Part shown: positions 25,972-38,740 of the stretch, piece by piece
How the letters are laid out: every line of letters begins with the position of its first letter
How positions within the stretch are numbered: the stretch's first letter is position 1
Assembly: GCF_964355755.1 (NCBI RefSeq)
Contig: NC_092675.1
Span: 13,263,812 to 13,327,811 of the forward strand
DNA: 64,000 bases
Reading direction: 5' to 3'
Source of the DNA: Antedon mediterranea
Taxonomy: Eukaryota > Animalia > Echinodermata
Made by a program: the position numbers and the translations under genes
The notes under the pieces: generated by a model
What the model was told of the DNA's origin: nothing
What the model saw: only the letters and a program-made list of their open reading frames with translations
Databases searched by the model: none

Positions 25972-28420
25972 AAAGTGCTTAGAATAGCTTCAAATCGCAT
26001 TTTGAGACGTTTTAGACCATTTTGTGCATTTCGATGAAACTTGGTTACACAAAAACATCAAAGTGCTTAAAATCACATTATAAACCATTTTAGACCATTT
26101 TGAGCATTTCGATAACACTTTTCACACAAAAACATCAAAGAGCACAAAATAGCTTAATATCGTATTTAAAAACGTTTTAGACCATTTTGAGCATTTCGAC
26201 AAAACTTTTTCACACAAAACACCAAAGTGCTTAGAATAGCTTCAAATCGCATTTGGAGACGTTTTAGACCAATTTGTGATTTTCGAAAAAACTTATCAAC
26301 ATAAAAACACCAAAGGGTTTAGAATAGCTTCAAATCGCATTTGGAGACGTTTTAGACCATTTTGTGATTTTGAAAAAACTTGTTAACATAAAAACACCAA
26401 AGGGTTTAGAATAGCTTCAAATCGCATTTGGAGACGTTTTAGACCATTTTGTGATTTTGAAAAAACTTGTTAACATAAAAACACGAAAGTGCTTAGAATA
26501 GCTTCAAATCGCATTTTGAGACGTTTTAGACCATTTTGTGCATTTCGATGAAACTTGGTTACACAAAAACATCAAAGTGCTTAAAATCACATTATAAACC
26601 ATTTTAGACCATTTTGAGCATTTCGATAACACTTTTCACACAAAAACATCAAAGAGCACAAAATAGCTTAATATCGTATTTAAAAACGTTTTAGACCATT
26701 TTGAGCATTTCGACAAAACTTTTTCACACAAAACACCAAAGTGCTTAGAATAGCTTCAAATCGCATTTGGAGACGTTTTAGACCATTTTGTGATTTTCGA
26801 AAAAACTTGTTAACATAAAAACATCAAAGTGTACAGAATAACTTCAAATCGCATTTGGAGACCGTTTTAGGCCAATTTGTGATTTTCGAAAAAACTTGTT
26901 AACCTAAAAATACCAAAGTGTTTAGAATAGCTTCAAATCGCATTTGGAGACGTTTTAGAACATTTTGTGATTTTCGAAAAAACTTGTTAACATAAAAACA
27001 CCAAAGTGCTTCAAATCGCATTTGGAGACATTTTAGACCAATTTGTGATTTTTGAAAAAACTTGTTAACATAAAAACACCAAAGTGCTTACAATAGCTTC
27101 AAATCGTATTTGGAGACGTTTTAGACCATTTTGTGATTTTCGAAAAAACTTGTTAACATAAAAACACCAAAGTACTTAGAATAGCTTCAAATCGCATTTG
27201 GAGACGTTTTAGACCATTTTGTGCATTTCGATGAAACTTGGTTACACAAAAACATCAAAGTGCTTAAAATCACATTATAAACCATTTTAGACCATTTTGA
27301 GCATTTCGATAACACTTTTCACACAAAAACATCAAAGAGCACAAAATAGCTTAATATCGTATTTAAAAACGTTTTAGACCATTTTGAGCATTTCGACAAA
27401 ACTTTTTCACACAAAACACCAAAGTGCTTAGAATAGCTTCAAATCGCATTTGGAGACGTTTTAGACCAATTTGTGATTTTCGAAAAAACTTATCAACATA
27501 AAAACACCAAAGGGTTTAGAATAGCTTCAAATCGCATTTGGAGACGTTTTAGACCATTTTGTGATTTTGAAAAAACTTGTTAACATAAAAACACCAAAGG
27601 GTTTAGAATAGCTTCAAATCGCATTTGGAGACGTTTTAGACCATTTTGTGATTTTGAAAAAACTTGTTAACATAAAAACACGAAAGTGCTTAGAATAGCT
27701 TCAAATCGCATTTTGAGACGTTTTAGACCATTTTGTGCATTTCGATGAAACTTGGTTACACAAAAACATCAAAGTGCTTAAAATCACATTATAAACCATT
27801 TTAGACCATTTTGAGCATTTCGATAACACTTTTCACACAAAAACATCAAAGAGCACAAAATAGCTTAATATCGTATTTAAAAACGTTTTAGACCATTTTG
27901 AGCATTTCGACAAAACTTTTTCACACAAAACACCAAAGTGCTTAGAATAGCTTCAAATCGCATTTGGAGACGTTTTAGACCATTTTGTGATTTTCGAAAA
28001 AACTTGTTAACATAAAAACATCAAAGTGTACAGAATAACTTCAAATCGCATTTGGAGACCGTTTTAGGCCAATTTGTGATTTTCGAAAAAACTTGTTAAC
28101 CTAAAAATACCAAAGTGTTTAGAATAGCTTCAAATCGCATTTGGAGACGTTTTAGAACATTTTGTGATTTTCGAAAAAACTTGTTAACATAAAAACACCA
28201 AAGTGCTTCAAATCGCATTTGGAGACATTTTAGACCAATTTGTGATTTTTGAAAAAACTTGTTAACATAAAAACACCAAAGTGCTTACAATAGCTTCAAA
28301 TCGTATTTGGAGACGTTTTAGACCATTTTGTGATTTTCGAAAAAACTTGTTAACATAAAAACACCAAAGTACTTAGAATAGCTTCAAATCGCATTTGGAG
28401 ACGTTTTAGACCATTTTATG
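25710..28420 (+). repeat. Nested tandem duplications: 514-bp 6-mer and overlapping 1197-bp (514+683) unit
   Basis: GCATTTTGAGACG at 25997, 26511 and 27708 (offsets 514, 1197). GTACAGAATAAC at 26831 and 28028 (offset 1197). Confidence 0.88.
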
Positions 28421-29520
28421 CATTTCGATGAAACTTGGTTACACAAAAACATCAAAGTGCTTAAAATCACATTATAATCCGTTTTAGACCATTTTGAGCA
28501 TTTCGATAACACTTTTCACACAAAAACATCAAAGAGCACAAAATAGCTTAATATCGTATTTAAAAACTTTTTAGACCATTTTGAGCATTTCGACAAAACT
28601 TTTTCACACAAAACACCAAAGTGCTTAGAATAGCTTCAATTCGCATTTGCAGACGTTTTAGACCATTTTGTGATTTTCGAAAAAAATTGTTAACATAAAA
28701 ACATCAAAGTGTACAGAATAGCTTCAAATCGCATTTGGAGACCGTTTTAGGCCAATTTGTGATTTTCGAAAAAACTTGTTAACCTAAAAATACCAAAGTG
28801 TTTAGAATAGCTTCAAATCGCATTTGGAGACGTTTTAGACCATTTTGTGATTTTCGAAAAAACTTGTTAACATAAAAACACCAAAGTGCTTCAAATCGCA
28901 TTTGAGACATTTTAGACCAATTTGTGATTTTTGAAAAAACTTGTTAACATAAAAACACCAAAGTGCTTACAATAGCTTCAAATCGTATTTGGAGACGTTT
29001 TAGACCATTTTGTGATTTTCGAAAAAACTTGTTAACATAAAAACACCAAAGTACTTAGAATAGCTTCAAATCGCATTTGGAGACGTTTTAGACCATTTTA
29101 TGCATTTCGATGAAACTTGGTTACACAAAAACATCAAAGTGCTTAAAATCACATTATAATCCGTTTTAGACCATTTTGAGCATTTCGATAACACTTTTCA
29201 CACAAAAACATCAAAGAGCACAAAATAGCTTAATATCGTATTTAAAAACTTTTTAGACCATTTTGAGCATTTCGACAAAACTTTTTCACACAAAACACCA
29301 AAGTGCTTAGAATAGCTTCAAATCGCATTTGGAGACGTTTTAGACCATTTTGTGATTTTCGAAAAAAATTGTTAACATAAAAACATCAAAGTGTACAGAA
29401 TAGCTTCAAATCGCATTTGGAGACCGTTTTAGGCCAATTTGTGATTTTCGAAAAAACTTGTTAACCTAAAAATACCAAAGTGTTTAGAATAGCTTCAAAT
29501 CGCATTTGGAGACGTTTTAG
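28023..29520 (+). repeat. Second cluster of the 683/682-bp 8-mer higher-order repeat
   Basis: GTAC at 28028, 28711 and 29393. Shares private CAATTCGCATTTGCAG with the 8.5-9.9 kb cluster (9101 vs 28640, offset 19539). Confidence 0.9.
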
Positions 29521-30769
29521 ACCAATTTGTGCATTTCGATGACACTTGATTACACAAAAACATCAAAGTGCTTAAAATCACATTATAAACCGTTTTAGAC
29601 CATTTTGAGCATTTCGATAACACTTTTCACACAAAAACATCAAAGAGCACAAAATAGCTTAATATCGTATTTAAAAACGTTTTAGACCATTTTGAGCATT
29701 TAGACAAAACTTTTTCACACAAAATACAAAAGTGCTTAGAATAGCTTCAAATCGCATTTGGAGACGTTTTAGACCATTTTTGTGATTTTCGAAAAAACTT
29801 TTTAACATAAAAACACCAAAGTGCTTAGAATAGCTTCAAATCACATTTGGAGACGTTTTAGACCATTTTGTGATTTTCGAAAAAACTTGTTAACATAAAA
29901 ACACGAAAGTGCTTAGAATAGCTTCAAATCGCATTTAGAAACGTTTTAGACCATTTTGTGATTTTCGAAAAAAATTGTTAACATAAAAACACCAAAGTGC
30001 TTAGAATCACATTATAAACCGTTTTAGACCATTTTGAGCATTTCGATAACAATTTTCACACAAAAACATCAAAGAGCACAAAATAGCTTAATATCGTATT
30101 TAAAAATGTTTTAGACCATTTTGAGCAATTAGATAAAACTTTTTCACACAAAACACCAAAGTGCTTAGAATAGCTTCAAATCGCATTTGGAGACGTTTTA
30201 GACCATTTTGTGATTTTTGAAAAAACTTGTTAACATAAAAACACCAAAGTGCTTAGAATAGCTTCAAATCACATTTGGAGACGTTTTAGACCATTTTGTG
30301 ATTTTCGAAAAAACTTGTTAACATAAAAACACGAAAGTGCTTAGAATAGCTTCAAATCGCATTTGGAAACGTTTTAGACCATTTTGTGATTTTCGAAAAA
30401 ACTTGTTAACATAAAAACACGAAAGTGCTTAGAATAGCTTCAAATCGCATTTGGAAACGTTTTAGACCATTTTGTGATTTTCGAAAAAACTTGTTAACAT
30501 AAAAACACGAAAGTGCTTAGAATAGCTTCAAATCGCATTTGGAAACGTTTTAGACCATTTTGTGATTTTCGAAAAAAATTGTTAACATAAAAACACCAAA
30601 GTGTTTAGAATAGCTTCAAATCGCATTTGGAGACGTTTTAGACCAATTTGTGATTTTCGAAAAAACTTATCAACATAAAAACACCAAAGGGTTTAGAATA
30701 GCTTCAAATCGCATTTGGAGACGTTTTAGACCATTTTGTGATTTTGAAAAAACTTGTTAACATAAAAAC

Positions 30770-33700
30770 ACCAAAGTGCTTAGAATAGCTTCAAATCGTA
30801 TTTGGAGACGTTTTAGACCATTTTGAGATTTTCGAAAAAACTTGGTTACACAAAAACATCAAAGTGCTTAAAATCACATTATAAACCGTTTTAGACCATT
30901 TTTAGCATTTCGGTAACACTTTTCACACAAAAACATCAAAGAGCACAAAATAGCTTAATATCGTATTTAAAAACGTTTTAGACCATTTTGAGCATTTAGA
31001 CAAAACTTTTTCACACAAAACACCAAAGTGCTTAGAATAGCTTCAAATCGCATTTGGAGACGTTTTAGACCATTTTGTGCATTTCGATGAAACTTGGTTA
31101 CACAAAAACATTAAAGTGCTTAAAATCACATTATAAATCGTTTTAGACCATTTTGAGCATTTCGACAAAACTTTTTCACACAAAATACCAAAGTGCTTAG
31201 AATAGCTTCAAATCGCATTTGGAGACGTTTTAGACCATTTTGTGATTTTCGAAAAAACTTTTTAACATAAAAACACCAAAGTGCTTAGAATAGCTTCAAA
31301 TCACATTTGGAGACGTTTTAGACCATAAGTGCTTAGAATCACATTATAAACCGTTTTAGACCATTTTGAGCATTTCGATAACAATTTTCACACAAAACAT
31401 CAAAGAGCACAAAATAGCTTAATATCGTATTTAAAAATGTTTTAGACCATTTTGAGCATTTAGATAAAACTTTTTCACACAAAACACCAAAGTGCTTAGA
31501 ATAGCTTCAAATCGCATTTGGAGACGTTTTAGACCATTTTGTGATTTTTGAAAAAACTTGTTAACATAAAAACACCAAAGTGCTTAGAATAGCTTCAAAT
31601 CACATTTGGAGATGTTTTAGAACATTTTGTGATTTTTGAAAAAACTTGTTAACATAAAAACACGAAAGTGCTTAGAATAGCTTCAAATCACATTTGGAGA
31701 CGTTTTAGACCATTTTGTGATTTTTGAAAAAAACTTGTTAACATAAAAACACGAAAGTGCTTAGAATAGCTTCAAATCGCATTTGGAAACGTTTTAGACC
31801 ATTTTGTGATTTTCGAAAAAGATTGTTAACATAAAAACACCAATGTGCTTAGAATCACATTATAAACCGTTTTAGACCATTTTGAGCATTTCGATAACAA
31901 TTTTCACACAAAAACATCAAAGAGAACAAAATAGCTTAATATCGTATTTATAAATGTTTTAGACCATTTTGAGCATTTCGACAAAACTTTTTCACACAAA
32001 ACACCAAAGTGCTTAGAATAGCTTCAAATCGCATTTGGAGACGTTTTTTATACCATTTTGTGATTTCGATGAAACTTGATTACACAAAAACATCAAAGTG
32101 CTTAAAATCACATTATAAACCGTTTTAGACCATTTTGAGCATTTCGATAACACTTTTCACACAAAAACATCAAAGAGCACAAAATAGCTTAATATCGTAT
32201 TTAAAAACGTTTTAGACCATTTTGAGCATTTAGACAAAACTTTTTCACACAAAACACCAAAGTGCTTAGAATAGCTTCAAATCGCATTTGGAGACGTTTT
32301 AGAACATTTTGTGTTTTTCGAAAAAAACTGTTAACATAAAAACACCAAAGTGCTTAGAATAGCTTCAAATCGCATTTGGAGACGTTTTAGAACATTTTGT
32401 GTTCTTCGAAAAAACCTGTTAACATAAAAACACCAAAGTGCTTAGAATAGCTTCAAATCGCATTTGGAGACGTTTTAGACCATTTTGTGATTTTTGAAAA
32501 AACTTGTTAACATAAAAACACCAAAGTGCTTAGAATAGCTTCAAATCACATTTGGAGACGTTTTAGACCATTTTGTGATTTTCGAAAAAACTTGTTAACA
32601 TAAAAACACGAAAGTGCTTAGAATAGCTTCAAATCGCATTTGGAAACGTTTTAGACCATTTTGTGATTTTCGAAAAAGATTGTTAACATAAAAACACCAA
32701 AGTGCTTAGAATCACAATATAAACCGTTTTAGACCATTTTGAGCATTTCGATAACAATTTTCACACAAAAACATCAAAGAGCACAAAATAGCTTAATATC
32801 GTATTTAAAAATGTTTTAGACCATTTTGAGCATTTAGATAAAACTTTTTCACACAAAACACCAAAGTGCTTAGAATAGCTTCAAATCGCATTTGGAGACG
32901 GTTTAGACCATTTTGTGATTTTGAAAAAACTTGTTAACATAAAAACACCAAAGTGCTTAGAATAGCTTCAAATCGCATTTGGAGACGTTTTAGACCATTT
33001 TGTGATTTTCGAAAAAACTTGTTAACATAAAAACACCAAAGTGCTTAGAATAGCTTCAAATCGTATTTGGAGACGTTTTAGACCATTTTGAGATTTTCGA
33101 AAAAACTTGGTTACACAAAAACATCAAAGTGCTTAAAATCACATTATAAACCGTTTTAGACCATTTTGAACATTTCGATAACACTTTTCACACAAAAACA
33201 TCAAAGAGCACAAAATAGCTTAATATCGTATTTAAAAACGTTTTAGACCATTTTGAGCATTTCGACAAAACTTTTTCACACAAAACACCAAAGTGCTTAG
33301 AATAGCTTCAAATCGCATTTGGAGACGTTTTAGACCAATTTGTGCATTTCGATGAAACTTGATTACACAAAAACATCAACGTGCTTAAAATCACATTATA
33401 AACCGTTTTAGACCATTTTGAGCATTTCGATAACACTTTTCACACAAAAACATCAAAGAGCACAAAATAGCTTAATATCGTATTTAAAAACGTTTTAGAC
33501 CATTTTGAGCATTTAGACAAAACTTTTTCACACAAAACACCAAAGTGCTTAGAATAGCTTCAAATCGCATTTGGAGACGTTTTAGACCATTTTGTGCATT
33601 TCGATGAAGCTTGGTTACACAAAAACATCAAAGTGCTTAAAATCACATTATAAATCGTTTTAGACCATTTTGAGCATTTCGACAAAACTTTTTCACACAA

Positions 33701-36700
33701 AATACCAAAGGGCTTAGAATAGCTTCAAATCGCATTTGGAGACGTTTTAGACCATTTTGTGATTTTCGAAAAAACTTTTTAACATAAAAACACCAAAGTG
33801 CTTAGAATAGCTTCAAATCACATTTGGAGACGTTTTAGACCATTTTGTGATTTTCGAAAAAACTTGTTAACATAAAAACACGAAAGTGCTTAGAATAGCT
33901 TCAAATCGCATTTGGAAACGTTTTAGACCATTTTGTGATTTTCGAAAAAAATTGTTAACATAAAAACACCAAAGTGCTTAGAATCACATTATAAACCGTT
34001 TTAGACCATTTTGAGCATTTCGATAACAATTTTCACACAAAAACATCAAAGAGCACAAAATAGCTTAATATCGTATTTAAAAATGTTTTAGACCATTTTG
34101 AGCATTTAGATAAAACTTTTTCACACAAAACACCAAAGTGCTTAGAATAGCTTCAAATCGCATTTGGAGACGTTTTAGACCATTTTGTGATTTTTGAAAA
34201 AACTTGTTAACATAAAAACACCAAAGTGTTAGAATAGCTTCAAATCACATTTGGAGACGTTTCAGACCATTTTGTGATTTTCGAAAAAACTTGTTAACAT
34301 AAAAACACGAAAGTGCTTAGAATAGCTTCAAATCGAATTTGGAAACGTTTTAGACCATTTTGTGATTTTCGAAAAAACTTGTTAACATAAAAACACGAAA
34401 GTGCTTAGAATAGCTTCAAATCGCATTTGGAAACGTTTTAGACCATTTTGTGATTTTCAAAAAAAATTGTTAACATAAAAACACCAAAGTGTTTAGAATA
34501 GCTTCAAATCGCATTTGGAGACGTTTTAGACCAATTTGTGATTTTCGAAAAAACTTATCAACATAAAAACACCAAAGGGTTTAGAATAGCTTCAAATCGC
34601 ATTTGGAGACGTTTTAGACCATTTTGTGATTTTGAAAAAACTTGTTAACATAAAAACACCAAAGTGCTTAGAATAGCTTCAAATCGCATTTGGAGACGTT
34701 TTAGACCATTTTGTGATTTTCGAAAAAACTTGTTAACATAAAAACACCAAAGTGCTTAGAATAGCTTCAAATCGTATTTGGAGACGTTTTAGACCATTTT
34801 GAGATTTTCGAAAAAACTTGGTTACACAAAAACATCAAAGTGCTTAAAATCACATTATAAACCGTTTTAGACCATTTTTAGCATTTCGGTAACACTTTTC
34901 ACACAAAAACATCAAAGAGCACAAAATAGCTTAATATCGTATTTAAAAACGTTTTAGACCATTTTGAGCATTTAGACAAAACTTTTTCACACAAAACACC
35001 AAAGTGCTTAGAATAGCTTCAAATCGCATTTGGAGACGTTTTAGACCATTTTGTGCATTTCGATGAAACTTGGTTACACAAAAACATTAAAGTGCTTAAA
35101 ATCACATTATAAATCGTTTTAGACCATTTTGAGCATTTCGACAAAACTTTTTCACACAAAATACCAAAGTGCTTAGAATAGCTTCAAATCGCATTTGGAG
35201 AGGTTTTAGACCATTTTGTGATTTTCGAAAAAACTTTTTAACATAAAAACACCAAAGTGCTTAGAATAGCTTCAAATCACATTTGGAGACGTTTTAGACC
35301 ATAAGTGCTTAGAATCACATTATAAACCGTTTTAGACCATTTTGAGCATTTCGATAACAATTTTCACACAAAACATCAAAGAGCACAAAATAGCTTAATA
35401 TCGTATTTAAAAATGTTTTAGACCATTTTGAGCATTTAGATAAAACTTTTTCACACAAAACACCAAAGTGCTTAGAATAGCTTCAAATCGCATTTGGAGA
35501 CGTTTTAGACCATTTTGTGATTTTTGAAAAAACTTGTTAACATAAAAACACCAAAGTGCTTAGAATAGCTTCAAATCACATTTGGAGATGTTTTAGAACA
35601 TTTTGTGATTTTTGAAAAAACTTGTTAACATAAAAACACGAAAGTGCTTAGAATAGCTTCAAATCACATTTGGAGACGTTTTAGACCATTTTGTGATTTT
35701 TGAAAAAACTTGTTAACATAAAAACACGAAAGTGCTTAGAATAGCTTCAAATCGCATTTGGAAACGTTTTAGACCATTTTGTGATTTTCGAAAAAGATTG
35801 TTAACATAAAAACACCAATGTGCTTAGAATCACATTATAAACCGTTTTAGACCATTTTGAGCATTTCGATAACAATTTTCACACAAAAACATCAAAGAGC
35901 ACAAAATAGCTTAATATCGTATTTATAAATGTTTTAGACCATTTTGAGCATTTCGACAAAACTTTTTCACACAAAACACCAAAGTGCTTAGAATAGCTTC
36001 AAATCGCATTTGGAGACGTTTTTTATACCATTTTGTGATTTCGATGAAACTTGATTACACAAAAACATCAAAGTGCTTAAAATCACATTATAAACCGTTT
36101 TAGACCATTTTGAGCATTTCGATAACACTTTTCACACAAAAACATCAAAGAGCACAAAATAGCTTAATATCGTATTTAAAAACGTTTTAGACCATTTTGA
36201 GCATTTAGACAAAACTTTTTCACACAAAACACCAAAGTGCTTAGAATAGCTTCAAATCGCATTTGGAGACGTTTTAGAACATTTTGTGTTTTTCGAAAAA
36301 AACTGTTAACATAAAAACACCAAAGTGCTTAGAATAGCTTCAAATCGCATTTGGAGACGTTTTAGAACATTTTGTGTTCTTCGAAAAAACCTGTTAACAT
36401 AAAAACACCAAAGTACTTAGAATAGCTTCAAATCGCATTTGGAGACGTTTTAGACCATTTTGTTATTTTTGAAAAAACTTGTTAACATAAAAACACCAAA
36501 GTGCTTAGAATAGCTTCAAATCACATTTGGAGACGTTTTAGACCATTTTGTGATTTTCGAAAAAACTTTTTAACATAAAAACACGAAAGTGCTTAGAATA
36601 GCTTCAAATCGCATTTGGAAACGTTTTAGACCATTTTGTGATTTTCGAAAAAAATTGTTAACATAAAAACACCAAAGTGCTTAGAATCACAATATAAACC

Positions 36701-38740
36701 GTTTTAGACCATTTTGAGCATTTCGATAACAATTTTCACACAAAAACATCAAAGAGCACAAAATAGCTTAATATCGTATTTAAAAATGTTTTAGACCATT
36801 TTGAGCATTTAGATAAAACTTTTTCACACAAAACACCAAAGTGCTTAGAATAGCTTCAAATCGCATTTGGAGACGGTTTAGACCATTTTGTGATTTTGAA
36901 AAAACTTGTTAACATAAAAACACCAAAGTGCTTAGAATAGCTTCAAATCGCATTTGGAGACGTTTTAGACCATTTTGTGATTTTCGAAAGAACTTGTTAA
37001 CATAAAAACACCAAAGTGCTTAGAATAGCTTCAAATCGTATTTGGAGACGTTTTAGACCATTTTGAGATTTTCGAAAAAACTTGGTTACACAAAAACATC
37101 AAAGTGCTTAAAATCACATTATAAACCGTTTTAGACCATTTTGAACATTTCGATAACACTTTTCACACAAAAACATCAAAGAGCACAAAATAGCTTAATA
37201 TCGTATTTAAAAACGTTTTAGACCATTTTGAGCATTTCGACAAAACTTTTTCACACAAAACACCAAAGTGCTTAGAATAGCTTCAAATCGCATTTGGAGA
37301 CGTTTTAGACCAATTTGTGCATTTCGATGAAACTTGATTACACAAAAACATCAACGTGCTTAAAATCACATTATAAACCGTTTTAGACCATTTTGAGCAT
37401 TTCGATAACACTTTTCACACAAAAACATCAAAGAGCACAAAATAGCTTAATATCGTATTTAAAAACGTTTTAGACCATTTTTTGAGCATTTAGACAAAAC
37501 TTTTTCACACAAAACACCAAAGTGCTTAGAATAGCTTCAAATCGCATTTGGAGACGTTTTAGACCATTTTGTGCATTTCGATGAAACTTGGTTACACAAA
37601 AACATCAAAGTGCTTAAAATGACATTATAAATCGTTTTAGACCATTTTGAGCATTTCGACAAAACTTTTTCACACAAAATACCAAAGGGCTTCAAATCGC
37701 ATTTGGAGACGTTTTAGACCATTTTGTGATTTTCGAAAAAACTTTTTAACATAAAAACACCAAAGTGCTTAGAATAGCTTCAAATCACATTTGGAGACGT
37801 TTTAGACCATTTTGTGATTTTCGAAAAAACTTGTTAACATAAAAACACGAAATTGCTTAGAATAGCTTCAAATCGCATTTGGAAACGTTTTAGACCATTT
37901 TGTGATTTTCGAAAAAAATTGTTAACATAAAAACACCAAAGTGCTTAGAATCACATTATAAACCGTTTTAGACCATTTTGAGCATTTCGATAACAATTTT
38001 CACACAAAAACATCAAAGAGCACAAAATAGCTTAATATCGTATTTAAAAATGTTTTAGACCATTTTGAGCATTTAGATAAAACTTTTTCACACAAAACAC
38101 CAAAGTGCTTAGAATAGCTTCAAATCGCATTTGGAGACGTTTTAGACCATTTTGTGATTTTTGAAAAAACTGGTTAACATAAAAACACCAAAGTGTTAGA
38201 ATAGCTTCAAATCACATTTGGAGACGTTTCAGACCATTTTGTGATTTTCGAAAAAACTTGTTAACATAAAAACACGAAAGTGCTTAGAATAGCTTCAAAT
38301 CGAATTTGGAAACGTTTTAGACCATTTTGTGATTTTCGAAAAAACTTGTTAACATAAAAACACGAAAGTGCTTAGAATAGCTTCAAATCGCATTTGGAAA
38401 CGTTTTAGACCATTTTGTGATTTTCGAAAAAAATTGTTAACATAAAAACACCAAAGTGTTTAGAATAGCTTCAAATCGCATTTGGAGACGTTTTAGACCA
38501 ATTTGTGATTTTCGAAAAAACTTATCAACATAAAAACACCAAAGGGTTTAGAATAGCTTCAAATCGCATTTGGAGACGTTTTAGACCATTTTGTGATTTT
38601 GAAAAAACTTGTTAACATAAAAACACCAAAGTGCTTAGAATAGCTTCAAATCGTATTTGGAGACGTTTTAGACCATTTTGAGATTTTCGAAAAAACTTGG
38701 TTACACAAAAACATCAAAGTGCTTAAAATCACATTATAAA
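30770..38740 (+). repeat. ~3.97-kb tandem duplication
   Basis: Marker pairs: CGGTAAC 30911/34887, TTAAAG 31111/35087 and CATAAG 31324/35300 (all offset 3976); TTTTTATACC 32051/36026 (3975); GTTTCAGACC 34259/38226 (3967). Confidence 0.9.
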
